NCBI GenBank assembly: GCA_964247055.1
Contig: OZ176059.1
Location: 868,001-932,000, forward strand
DNA from: Paragordius varius
Taxonomy: Eukaryota; Animalia; Nematomorpha
Reading direction: 5' to 3'
DNA: 64,000 bases
This document shows positions 1 through 13,091 of this stretch, piece by piece. The notes below the pieces were generated by a model. It saw only the letters and a list, made by a program, of their open reading frames with translations, was not told where the DNA came from and did not search any database. The number at the start of each line of letters is the position of its first letter. Position 1 is the stretch's first letter. Both the position numbers and the translations under genes were made by a program.

Positions 1-645
1 CAAAGCAAAAACCGAACTTATTACTTTTGGGGGTCCACAACTTGAAATGGAAGTAGTTGGGTTCTGAAGAGTAAAGAAAGTTGCAATTTGGGGGCTAAGT
101 TAAGTTCAGTTGGATCGTTAACCGATGATAATAATTTAAAAATAAAGAGCAGTTGGATAAATTGGAAGAAAATTTCAAGTGTTATGTGATCCAAATAATG
201 TTAGAGTAAAAGGTAAGATATACAGTTCAGTTGTTCAACCCACAATGATGTATAATTTACAGACGTGGGGTGTCAAAAAATCCGAAGAAAGACATTTCAA
301 CGTGACTGAAATGAAAATGCTTAGAATGATGTGTGGGGTAACGACAAAGTATAGAATTGAGAATAGATTTATTCATGGGAGCACCGATGTTAACCAATAG
401 TGAAAATGTCAAAAAATAGGGTACGTAGGTTCGGGCACATTGAAAGGAGAGATTCTAATTATATTGCAAAAATAATAGATAGTCATATAGTTGAAGGAAA
501 ACGAGGACGTGGGCGGCCTAAATCGAAATGGATGTACAGTAAAAAGAGAGTTAGCAGACGAGCTTAATACAGAAGACGCCATAGATAGAGTACTATGGCG
601 AGACAGGTTATATAACATGACCGCTCTCACGAGTGAAAACATGTA
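1..645 (+). mobile_element. RTE-clade non-LTR retrotransposon, decayed 3' fragment (truncated by window edge)
   Basis: Broken frames read SSWINWKKISSVMCDP, VKGKIYSSVVQPTMMY, TEMKMLRMMCGVT and GRGRPKSKWM...EDAIDRVLWR, the post-RT C-terminal signature of RTE LINEs. Stops and frameshifts are present. Confidence 0.8.
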
Positions 646-763
646 ATTTAATGCTTCAATTAATTAGAGTGAATATTAAATAAAGTGTATATTTTGGTCA
701 AAAAGACACGGATAATCTATCTTGATTTTGAATGAAAGTAAAATAAAATAATAATTTATTTAT

Positions 764-803
<40 letters not shown>

Positions 804-2339
804 ATCGCAAATTAAATTTATATTATTTAAGTTTTTTCGAAAGATTTAAAATTGATGTCATTTTTCGGCTCTTTCTGTGATGGCGTCTTTGGGAAACACA
901 CAATGGGGCACCCTATGTACTTTAGATTCATGCGGCATCCTATATTTTTGGATAAAAAGGAATATAAATGTTTTAATAGCATGTGTATTATAACATAGTT
1001 AAGTTCCCCCGTTTTTGAGGGTTTTGGTCCCCTGGAACAAAAAGTATTGAATATTTTGAGTTAATTTTTATTATTTTAGAGATAAATTGGTGGTCTTTAA
1101 TAAAATTTGTATTATGCCACATATTATTTGTTTACCTAGCGAAAAATATTTACAAACGAGAAAATTTTGGATACTAAATATGGAAAAAGTCCCATATCTC
1201 GAAAACGACCTGGGTAATTAAAAATTTTTCTCCACAAATCTGATCACAATACCATAGGGAATCAGATAATATTAAAAAATTTGGATCCAGAAAAAGTTTT
1301 GTCAAGTGTTATAGCTTTTTTTAGGTATATATGCGCCAATTTGTCCTGTAAAAAGTTCGGGATAAATGATTTTTAATGACACTTGGTGATCTGAGTTAGG
1401 ATTTCTGCTCAGTGTATTTTACAAAGGCTGCGCTTTCTTTTATTATTTGCTTTGCTTGATTATATGATATTCTTAGTTTTATGGTCAAACAGTGTGCATA
1501 CAATACGTTTTCAAACAGCCGGTGTATTTTTGTTGATAGTTTAATATCTTGGGAGTTCCATATTTTGGAATATTTTGTTATTATTTTTGCTATCGCACAA
1601 CTCTTTTAATACCTGACACACTATTATTATTTTTATCAATATCATTATTATTATTTATAAGACTTCCGAAAAAATATATTCAATAACAACTTGAAATTGG
1701 TTTCCTATGGACATTAAAGGATATTATACGGGTAATAATATACAAAATTGTCATTTTAAAATTGACGTATCCATTGGCGCATTCAATAGGGTAATTTTTT
1801 GGAATCAAGTATTTAGCTTTCAGCATAAAAAGTTAAAAAAATGTGTGCACATTTTGCCATCTGTGGAGCATAAATAACATTTTTCTCGTAAGGGCCAAAA
1901 CCCAAAGTACCATGATAATATTAATACATTTTCTATTAGATTTTTATATATATATATAAATATATATATTATCATAAGAAAAATAATTCAACTTTTGTCC
2001 CACATCTCAAAATTTAATTTTTAGATTTTTATTAGTTAATATATATTTGAGTGGTATTACTTGAGATAAAGTATTTCTCTCATCGAAAATATAAATTAGA
2101 CTCATATGTTTATGATAGATTTTAGTGATTTTATTTGAAAAAAGTATTAGGCTTTCACAAACAAAATCTGTGCGACGCCATTTTCTGATATGGAAAAGTT
2201 ATCAATTTTAAAACTTTTTAAGTCACGCATAAAGAACACCCACCATGATTATTCTCATTTATATTTTATTGCGATTTGCGATAGTATTGTATAACCCATT
2301 TTAAACGCATTGTAATCTATTCGGTACCGGCGATATTGT

Positions 2340-2382
<43 letters not shown>

Positions 2383-3074
2383 TGGTATATTATATTATAT
2401 CCATTGCATATATAAACTTAAATACAATATACAGATATTGTAAGGAATATAAAATTACATTATATTCGAATTTTAAGGAAATTTATGTTATTTTAAATTA
2501 TGTCATTTGGACACAATTTAATGTACGTTTTTTAAAACCACATGATACACCTCCCGCCCGTCTAATATTAAGGTATTCTTTTTATACATAATTGTTATCA
2601 TGTTTTTTATATAATATTTTCTTGTTTCATCAGCATTTTTTTGGATAAATACAGAACCTCTTTGATATAGCTCCAATTTTATAATTTTTGGTTAGTAGCC
2701 TAATGCATATTAAAATATTTTAAAACACTAATTACAAAATTTTTTTTAGCCTTTTTGATTTTGTGTAATATTTCATTTTTGATATTTAATTAGAATCAAA
2801 TCCTTTATGTTTTAAATGTAACACATTTAGTATATTGGCATTCAATAGAATATTTTGGACAGTTTTATACAGATATTTCAAATAAAAAAAGTAAGTTGTA
2901 ACAAAATTCTCCAATGTTTATTATATATCCTATTATCTTGTGCCCATGTTATTATATATAATATATAACACTTAAAAACTGTATATATTGGCATAATATT
3001 CAAAAATTAACTAAAATTTACACTTTAAATTTAAAATTGTTACGCCCGAATACAACATATTCAATTGAGGCCCC

Positions 3075-3590
3075 CGATTTAATTTGGGGTATTTGGGCAC
3101 CCATGCGTGTTTAAAATCAAATATTACTAGAAATAGAACGAATTGAAATCTTTGCAAAAGTTTGCACTTAAATATCTTTGATGTCCCGAAATATAAAAAG
3201 ATAAAAATAATTGATATTAAGTAAAACTCAAAGGTAAAAATCAGTCAACATGACATGTATGCATTCATTAGCTAAATATAAAAAAAGGCAAAATAAACCA
3301 TTTTTTTATGCTTATATTCATGTTCGATATAAATAAAAAATTAGCTTTAATTTTAGCGTTAAAATAAAAACATGATATTTCGTAAAAAGTTGTAAAACAA
3401 AAATGGCGTGGTGGTAGCAGTTTGAATAGTTGATTTTTCAAAACTAAATTTTATTTTAATAATTTGGCTTTATATATATAGTTTATTAGGATGGAAGCAT
3501 AATTAAAACCGTTTTTTTCAGATTTTTTTTTAATTATACCAATTTTCGTGTCTGGGGTCTCTAGATACCCCAATTTGAATTGAAATGGTT
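3075..3590 (-). mobile_element. Non-autonomous DNA-element-like repeat, family F, copy 1 (boundaries approximate)
   Basis: Reverse complement matches 10015-10560 and 42115-42630 (TATGCTTC(T/C)ATCCT(A/G)ATAAAA core; AAATTGGGGTRTCTARAKACCCCAGAC end motif). Confidence 0.5.
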
Positions 3591-4146
3591 ATTTAATGCG
3601 AATATTTACATAATGGAGTCGATTATTACCTTAGGTACAAACCTAGTAACTACATTTCAGTTTTTGTTTTATCCAATATTTTGGTTGTACATATATGTAT
3701 ATAATTTTTTTCTTCAACTGCTACACATTTCTCTTTTTTTTTAATTTTTAAAATACATGAATTTTTTTAAATTTTTTTTGCATAAAAAAATGTTTGAATT
3801 TACGATAATTGTGGCAAACTTAGTTAGTCAGTTAATATTTATTTGAGTTAAAAATATGATACGCTGTTAATTTTTTACTTGTAAATATAATATACAAATA
3901 TTAAAACTAACAAATTTTCTCTATTTGAATACGTGTACACATTTTAAAAGACGGGTGAAGCAGCCAAAACTCAAACATTTTACAACTAATATTATCAGTG
4001 TCGCAAATATGCTGTTATCTTATATCTATTTTTTATTTTTGAAAATGATAAATAACGGTTATTATAAAACAATCAAAGCACTCTACTCAGTTTATATTTT
4101 TGTTTTCCTATACGCTTAAAAATAAATTATGTCCAAGTTTCTAAAA

Positions 4147-4445
4147 CATAGGGTGAACAAACGCCCTCTGAGACTCTGTGCGCGACCCGTATAAAAATTG
4201 TTAATCCATATTTGCAAAAAAATATGCTCAAAAAATTTGTAACATTAATATTTTTTACACAATTTTTCTACATAAATCTATATATGTATAATTAGCAAGA
4301 TCGATCCTGAAAAATGTTAATTAAATTGTTTTTGCATCCCACAGTCTTATGCTTGGAATCTAATAAATTATTAATGAATGTCCAGCCCACATATGTATAT
4401 TTGAAATGCGGCCCGCGAAACCATTTGTGTTGGACACCTCGGTTC
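4147..4445. mobile_element. Probable degenerate hAT-type MITE
   Basis: CATAGGGTG start and AATGCGGCCCGCG...TTGGACACC end resemble hAT/Charlie-type MITE ends. The TSD is not clean. Confidence 0.3.
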
Positions 4446-6464
4446 TAATACATAGTTTTGTTCTTTTTTTTCGATTTTATATAAGTGATCGGTCCTACAT
4501 AAATTTTGGTGTTTGTGTTGGTTCATCTAATTTATAATGACAGTTTTCATACATCTTATTTTTATGTCGATTAATCATGGCTAATTAAAATAATTATGAC
4601 ATTTTTTTGTGATTGTTTTTTATACGTTTTGCCACATGTTAACACAAATGACAACAGGTCTTGATAATAGCAGCGGTATTTCCAACTCCACTATTTTTAA
4701 TCCAAATTTTTTTGGTTATGCTTATATATATATATATATATATATATAAAATCACATTTAAATTAGTTGTACATAAGATATAGATATAAACTAGACCAGA
4801 TTTATACTTTATATTCTGTAATAAAAAATATGTTTATATATATATATATATATATATTCTGACTTAACCTTGTTACCACAATTCTATTGCTTTGGCATTT
4901 CTTTATATGTATATATATAAGTTGTAAGTTTTCTTTGTGTCGTCCTGTATGTCATCTAACAAATAAAACTTCGATTGAATTTGATTTTATCCCTTATTTT
5001 TCCCTTATTTTTATATTACATAATAATACATTACCACATCATATGATGATTGAATATAGTACTACATTCATATATTATTATATAATTCTAAAGATCCATT
5101 AATGCCATATAGTTGGATGAAAAGGATTGTTAATTGGTGAATTTAAATATTTACCTATATATATATATATATATATATGTTCTTTTTTACCTATTAATAT
5201 ACAAGTACCCTGATAACCAATAATATTTCTTTTTACTACATTTAATATAATAATACATATTTTTATGTAAACTAAAAATTATGTGTCATATGAAATGGCC
5301 AATATATATATGCATATAATATGAATATTGTACACATACAGTACAGTAGCATATGGTAAAAATCAACAAATGGTTGCAATTAAACTTTTTTTCCTATATA
5401 TTTTAACATAGAATTTTTGTTTAATTATTTTGCGGGCAAACTATTTAATACGCCATCTTTTATAAATATTCAATTTTTACCTTTATATATTTCTATTTAC
5501 TTTTCCTACAATGCCTTTTAGAGGTGTGCATTAATTATACGAAAAAATATTTTAATTAAATCAACCATTCTAAACTTTTGTCTTGCAATTTTTACGAATT
5601 TTCGTTAAACTCCTAGAAAAATTGGCAAATTAAAAGAAATATGATTGAAATATTTTCTTCATTTCTTGACCATATCTTAACGCAATAAATTTTCACAACT
5701 ATTGTTTCAAATAGTATGTTTGTTTGAAGTGTGGGTTCGACTGAGTGTCATCTTAATTTTTAGCTCTTGACAAATGACTCCAATATAAAAATCTAGTTTA
5801 ACGTTTTATAATCATATTTATATATTTTTTTTATAAATATTAGACTCTAGGGCCAAAAATAACCCATAATGTATTATTCTTCACACAAACTTTCAAAAAG
5901 TAATGAAGGTTTTGTTCTATTATATCATAGTATTGAATTAAATGTATAAATTAAACTTGACCTTATCTCTTCCCATCAGCTACTTTTTTTATCTGCCAAT
6001 TTTTGTGACAAGAACGAAGAAATTACTCATGAATTTTCGTTATTTAACATGGATCTTAATTTATATTTATAAAATATATATATATATATATATATTATTC
6101 TTTTATTAAACACAATAATATATTTATTGTCAGACAATGATATAATACAATAATTCTAATCGATTTTTTCATTTTGTTTTGGTATATAGTATAATATGAA
6201 TTTTTGTTTAACATGTGGCTAGTAAGCATTTTTCACACATATATGTTTATAATTAATACATAGAGTAAAGAGTAAACTGCCCTATATTATTCCCGAGTTT
6301 TTTTTTATAAAAAAAAACCTAGCCCTCATAATTTAATTGAAAGGAAATAATATGGTGATATTGATGCCTTTTTATTCAATTATTAACACTTCATGCCTTT
6401 TTGGGGTAATTTTATATCCCAAACCGATTCGAAATTTGAATATTTTAAAAAGTAAGTATTGGGC

Positions 6465-6467
<3 letters not shown>

Positions 6468-6514
<47 letters not shown>
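6468..6514. repeat. (TA)n microsatellite (one of many in the window)
   Basis: Pure TA run. It creates the spurious YIYIYI stretch in ORF 6337..6543. Confidence 0.95.
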
Positions 6515-6515
<1 letters not shown>

Positions 6516-6569
6516 TTTCTTTAGCTTTTTAGGCTTTTTTTAAAAAAAATATAAAAGTGTATTCTCGTT

Positions 6570-6915
6570 CGTCGCCATTTTCTTCAAATTTATTTAATCG
6601 CTAATACACAATTGTATATTATGGTTATATAAAATAATTAATTTAGTAAATTTAATAGCATTTTACCAGCAAAAACCAGATATTTATTGAATCAACTGTT
6701 TAGGTCAATGTTTTGGAGCTGTTGCAATTTTAGTCTTCATATTATAAAAAATATAACTTTTATCTAATACAAAGGAAATCAATGTTAGCTAATTAAATTC
6801 TAACTAAAATAACATTCAAAAGGCATTTTATTTACAAGATGGCGATCTGGGATAAAAAATCTACCCTAATATGTCATCGTGGGCAAAAAGGTGAAAAGGT
6901 CATGAAGTGTTAAAT
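6570..6915 (+). repeat. Dispersed repeat family H (second copy about 28240-28575, fragment about 18030-18215)
   Basis: Shared motifs GCCATTTT, TTTTACCAGCAAAA, TGTTTTGGAGCT and AAAAAG(G)TGAAAAGG...GAAGTGTTAA occur in the same order. Confidence 0.5.
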
Positions 6916-6931
6916 AAGGTAGCCATATTTA

Positions 6932-7117
6932 CAGTAATAAAATAAATCGAGATTATACGGACAAAATGTACAATTTTTTTTGCAAAAGACCGCTTACTCT
7001 GTTTTAACACTTTATTTTTTTGTTATATAACTCATTATTTTCGAATTAAAAAGTGTGAAATAGATGTGTAAATTGTAAATTGGTAACATCAAATATTTTA
7101 CAATCGTATAATTACTG
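6932..7117. mobile_element. MITE family A (TA-CAGT...TATACGGACAAAA...ACTG-TA), degenerate copy
   Basis: CAGT/ACTG termini, TA flanks and the family A TATACGGACAAAA motif. Tc1/mariner-pogo type is inferred from the termini. Confidence 0.6.
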
Positions 7118-8438
7118 TAAGTTTCAATTAAGCATGCGTTCTCATAACATTTCTTGCTTGTTGGTTCTTTTAAAACCATGATGATTCTAAATAGTGGAAA
7201 AATAAAATTTTATTTTTTTACAAATTTATTATATTTTTGTGGATTATTATTTAACTGAAGAATATATAGTATTCAAAAATAATTAAAATTAGTTTTAATT
7301 TTTTTTCAAATGGATCATACGGATATTGAACTTTTCTTAGGGGTTTAATGACATAAAAGTTTATGGTAAATAATTTACATATTGAAAATATAAAGATAAA
7401 ACGTAAAAACATAATGACAAATACTTTATTCAAAAGACCAGCATATTTTTTTAAACTTTGTTTTTTTCCCATATAAATTTTTTAATTGCAATTGTAAAAT
7501 ACATGATTGATGCTGTTACCAATTTACATCTCTATTTCATACTTTGCAATCAAAAACAATAAATATAAAATAATTAAGTGTTGAAGGGTAAGCGGTCGTT
7601 TAAGTATATGTTTTGTCCGTATAACCAATTTTTACTGTATACATATTATGCGTCCGTAATTGGGGGTATAATATTCTGATAAATATATATATTCTGATAG
7701 TTAAATGTATCAATATTTTCATGATGTTTTGGTTTTGGGGCTAACAAATTATTAACTTAAGTTATTTGCATATTGTGGTAATTGCTCGAAATCGTATCCC
7801 AAATTAATAGTTTTTTTGGTATTAGCTAAATGCTTTATTCCAAAGTATATGGTTAAAATATATCATATATGATATACTATATAAATATTTATTTAATAAA
7901 ACATTAATTTTTAAATGGTCTCCAAAAGTCCCAAATTTTGCCCCTCATGAAATGGGCAACTTTTTTTAAAAAAATTAACTCGAAATTGCCAAGATATTGC
8001 GTTTATTTTTTTTATATATGTTCGATGATGGCATAAAACATATTCGAACCAATGCACACTTTGTTTTAAAATTTAATTTTTGGTAAAATTTTGTAGAAAC
8101 GTACTACGTACTATTTTGAGATATGATGGAAATGGTATAAAATCGCTTTAAGATAGTTTATAATTTAAACTTAATCCATTTACTTAATATATAAACTAAT
8201 GCAATCTAACCTATTCGATTAATCAGTATATCTGCTTTAAGCAGGTTTTACCCGTTTTTTATTCGTACACATTTATTTAGAACTTAGGGATGTACTATCA
8301 GGTTTATATATAAAATAATCCTATCATGATCATAGGATTAATAAAATAGCTTATATATATATATATATATGATATCTTAAGGTCATGTATACAATTTTGA
8401 TCAGTTATAGCGGTCGCAGTTACGTTAATTAATCTTAA

Positions 8439-8742
8439 CCGTTTTTTCGAATATTACACATTAACGCAAATTTATTTTCCTTAATTCATTTTTATGAGTG
8501 TCGTTTTTTTTTCAAAATTGTCTGGGATATAATTAATGAATGAGTCATCCAATTTAAAATGAAGTCAGCGTAGTTATTACATATAACAACCTTGAAATAT
8601 TTTGGTTAACCTCAACACTTTATCATTCAAATCCTCTTGATAAGTTAAATATTTTGGTTTCTTTCTATTGAACGTTTTAAATTTTACATTTTTTGATAGT
8701 TATATTAGCGCTAATAATTTTAAGGCTTATATATTTAACGGG
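8439..8742. mobile_element. Possible piggyBac-type MITE
   Basis: TTAA-CCGTT...AACGGG-TTAA ends with a TTAA duplication, but the TIR is short and imperfect. Confidence 0.3.
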
Positions 8743-9535
8743 TTAAAATTTTAAAATAACAATTTACTGTATTATAAATTTAAATTTATTAGAGAAAAAA
8801 GATAGTACGGGTCGATAAAATATTTACCTTTTCTATTGTCATAAAGTTTTTATTTTTTTTAAGTTTTTAAAAATTAATTACAGTGTAACGAATATTAATA
8901 TTGCATTTGTGATGTTTTTATGGATAAAACTAAATTTTTTACTGTTTATGAGTATCTATGATTTTTCTTATTATTAGCATATTTGATTGAATTTTTCGGA
9001 ACAAATATATTTTGAGAATAATTTTAATGTGTATGTCATTAATACAATTAACAATCTATGACAAATCAACATACATGGAAAGTCTAAAATCTCTTTTATC
9101 CAATGTAAAAACCTACGTGACCAATTCATTACCCTAATAAAATTTGAATGTGTAATTTTGATTGTTGTGTGTGATCTTAATAAAACTGTAAACAAATTTG
9201 TACGCGCAGAAACTTTTACTTTCCAAGCACCTCAATATTATATATATATATATATATATATGACCATTTACTTTTTGGTCCGCCCATGAATATGGTTAAA
9301 AAAATTTCACATTTTAATTATACGCATTTTTGTATAAAAAAATCGATAGCCTGTTATTGTTGTTGCGTTTTTTACTAATTTTCTTCTTTTTTTCTTTAAT
9401 CTATTCATAGAGATGTGTGTGTTTGTTATATGTCCGGTTAATAATTAATATACATTTTATGGGTCATTAAAAGGCGCATGACCCCAACCCCTTCTTCCCA
9501 CCCATCTTTTTAGCAATGTTATATTGTACATATAA

Positions 9536-9727
9536 CATAGTATGCATTATAATGGTTGTTTATTTCACACTATAGTTGGGCCATTTGCAACACAACAGTA
9601 AGGTATGGAAAAAACAACAAAATGTTGAATAATCAATTTTTTCCTTTCTTTTTTCCATACACACTACTTGTGTTGCAAATTGCCCAACTATAGTGTGGGA
9701 AATAAGCAACCATTTTAATGCATACTG
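9536..9727. mobile_element. MITE family B (CAGTATGCATT..AATGGTTG.TTATTTCACACTATAG)
   Basis: Long palindromic arms. Other copies lie at 23486, 25540 and 51215. Confidence 0.8.
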
Positions 9728-10014
9728 TAGTTATAAAAAATATGTACTATGTATTTTATGCAATATGGCATATGATAACAACGAAAGCTGATAAAATTAA
9801 ATCCTCTATAATGTTTATATTTTAAAATTAATTTTGTGTTAGGTAATTATAAACAAACTTTTTTTACCATATACGTGCTACTGAAATATATTTATATTCC
9901 ATAATGAGTCAAAATTTAGACCAAGAAAATCAGAGTAATCGACTAATATATACAGACACAACATATTTTCAACCAAATACAACATTTTTTTCAACCAAAC
10001 GCAAAATTATTTTA

Positions 10015-10560
10015 ACACTTCGATTCAAATTGGGGTGTCTAAATACCCCAGACTAAATTTGAGTTAATATTTTTAAAAAACTACTGAAGGAAACAGTCCC
10101 AATTTAAATTTATGCTTCTATCCTAATAAAAATTATATAAAAAGCCAAAATATTTAAATAAAATATCGTTTTGAAAAAAAGTTCCATGTCAAACTACTTG
10201 GACGCCATTTTTATTTTACAAAAATTTTGCAAAATAACGTCCTCATTTAATTTTAAGGGTATAATTAAAGCTCATTTTTTATTTAAATTACATCTAACAT
10301 TGATAGACATTGAAAAGTGGTTTATTTTTTATCATAATCTAATTTAGCCAATGCACATATGTTACATTGACTAAATTTTTACCTTTGGGTTTCATATTAA
10401 AAAAAGAAATATCAAGTTTTTAATAAATTTTTTTATTTTTGGTTTATCAATTGCAAAATTTTGCCATGGTTCTGATTCCTTCTATATTTTTTAAAGTATA
10501 TAATTTTAAACAGGACTGGGGTATCCAACTACTCCAATTTGAATCGAAGGACTAAAATAA
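10015..10560 (+). mobile_element. Family F repeat, copy 2
   Basis: Inverted end motifs CGATTCAAATTGGGGT.../...CCAATTTGAATCG. The interior is homologous to 3075-3590 (reverse) and 42115-42630. Confidence 0.55.
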
Positions 10561-10793
10561 ATGTCTTGTATCTAAGTGTTAATCAATTCACCATCAAATA
10601 TTGATAAAAAACAATGAGAATTATAATTCAACGAATTTATTTAAAATAAATAATTATTAAATAATAAACCGTAATAAAGTATTTGGTTGAAAAAATGTTG
10701 CGTTTGCTTAAAAATGACTGAAAAATGGTATATAAATATGTCTGACTGCCTTGATAACATAATTAATTTATAGGATAAAGTATAGCTGTCGGA

Positions 10794-10824
<31 letters not shown>

Positions 10825-11155
10825 TTTGTCAATTTTCATACATCAATTGAAATGCAAAAAATATTAATTTTTGCAAAATCTATATTAATGGGTCAAAAAT
10901 ATTGGATTCAGATTTAAAACATTTAAATTAGTTAAAATTTAAATTTTCAGGAATGACAATTAACTAAAGTCAAAATTTGTTGCCTAGTGTTATGTAACCA
11001 CAAAAGCGAATCTTAAATATCGGAGTAATATAATAATACACAAATCTTTTTTAACCTTGCTAAAAACAAAGTATTTTGCTGTCCAACGGTTAAACTATAG
11101 ATAAATGCACACCGTCTATTAATTTTAATATAATCGCAGTACTTGTTAATATATA

Positions 11156-11395
11156 CGATTTACACTTCAATTTTACCCTTGAACAAATCAAATTCTCCCT
11201 AAAATAAATTATGTTTTTTTAAGATAAAAAATTATATTTTTTAAAAAAAGTAATTTTGTTTAAAATTTAAATAAAACTGAAAAAATAATAAACTAATAAA
11301 GATACATTTCATATATGATAAGTTGTATTAGCCCGAAAACACATAAATTTATTTTTAGGGTAAATTTGAAAAGGCTAAATTTCAATTGTAAATGG
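11156..11395. mobile_element. MITE family P' (C(C/G)ATTTACACTTCAA...TTGTAAATGG); relatives at about 20905-21061, 21847-22148, 25232-25403, 27185-27350
   Basis: Termini shared with family P and the internal CCCTAAAATAAATTATG / TATTAGCCCGAAAACAC motifs recur in all copies. Confidence 0.6.
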
Positions 11396-11686
11396 TTATA
11401 TTTTCGTAATATTTAAAATACGGATCAAAATCTCTTGTTTTTACTATCTTAAATTGTTTATACCAAGAGTGTATAGGCAGGGCATAAATAACTCATACCT
11501 GGCTAATACATTATAAATATGAGCTAATCAAAACAAAAATCTCATAAAGCTATTGTTCCCTTTTTGTAATCAAGTTGTATCGCTAAAATGTGTGATCATT
11601 TTTTAGATTTTCATATGTGAGATGCTATTTAAACTCGTGTGCGCCTATCTTTTATTTCTTACAGTTATTCATTTCATTCATATTTA

Positions 11687-11904
11687 CAGTCATGTATCCC
11701 GTATTTTATCAAAAATTCATTTTTTTTTTCATTAATGGGTATAAATATTTGGTAAAGAATGGAAAAAGCAAGAGCTCTATGGTAATTCTTATACTTTTTT
11801 GATGAATATGATATTGTTAATACCATAGAGCTCTTTTTCCATACCAAATATTTATACCCATTTAACGAAAGAAAATAATTTTTGAAATAAAGAATACATG
11901 ACTA
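11687..11904. mobile_element. MITE family C (CAGTCATGTATCC...ATACATGACT)
   Basis: Palindromic arms around AAGAGCTCTATGG. A homologous copy lies at 27744-27960. Confidence 0.75.
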
Positions 11905-13091
11905 TATCTTCTCTTTTATACCTATCATAATAGTTATACAAGCAAGCAAACGGAGCCAGACCAACCCACGATAACCAAAATATAACGGCGCGATTGAAAA
12001 TTTTATTGATTTTCACTACTATGATTTAAAACGCTAGAATTGTTGAGGTAACTTTACACCTTATATTGATTAAATTTTAATAATCGAGCATAGCTTAAAT
12101 TTTTAAAATTAAATATTTTAGTTGTTTTGCTATTATAAATTCATTTTTATTATAGTATATATCTCCTCGTTACCACCTATTAACATTGATGACAAATAAT
12201 AAAATTTTACCTTTTTTTTGGAGGTGGACAAATATTGGGCCTCCCATCAACAAAGCTATTTTGACTACCAAACAGATATAAAGATGATGTAATCATTAAA
12301 GCCCCCTAATAATATCATTTTCATATGTATAAAATCTTTTGTGTTTCATGTAAAAACATTGAACAAAATAATTATTAGTGAAATGTATCATCGTTTTCTC
12401 TCCCCCAAAATATTTGACATGTGTTTTGTCTTTCTCCAGCAGCATAGTTTAAGTATAAATGAATAAATACCCAAAATAACAAGACGCATACTCATCATTC
12501 TTTTACATGCACACAATAGGCAGCACATACACAAATATATAGATTACATACGATACGATATACAACATTAACTTTTTAACATTATTCCTTGTTTCTTTCC
12601 ATTTATCCCTTTTTGATAATGACCCCCTACCCCCCTTTTCCCAACTTCCTAACCTAACCATATTTTTATTCAATAAACAACAACACAATAAAAAAAACCA
12701 TTTAATTATTCGCTTATGTGTTTAATTGGGTTTTGTTTTTTGTTTTCATAACGGGGCGGATTTGGTATATACACACATGAATACACATATACACACCATA
12801 CAATGTTGGAGAAAAAAATGTTATACATAGCCCCTATATACATGTTGTATTTATGTGTTCCAATATCCTTTAACTTACTTAACCTACCCCTAACTGTTTT
12901 ACAATTTGTGTGTTCATACATACACAAAAACCAAATTTTATTGTTTATGTGTAATTCTACTGCCTCTATTGTATATAAACCAAAAAAAAACTTCCCCATC
13001 CTAACTATTGCTTACTATTAATTAATTTATTTCGACCACTTTTTAAAGAAATTATATTCATACATTAATTATCCGCACAAAAAGTCAAAAA

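Noticed and set aside
12420-12460. Acceptor-like TTTTGTCTTTCTCCAG upstream of RXR as an additional coding exon
   Set aside because: I found no open frame or donor linking it to the RXR frame. It may be a 5' UTR junction but cannot be supported.
2382-12999. The many 60-100-aa ORFs in the 5' intergenic region and in 28-50 kb
   Set aside because: They are I/F/Y/K/L-rich translations expected from AT-rich DNA, and most overlap MITEs, Helitron repeats or (TA)n tracts.
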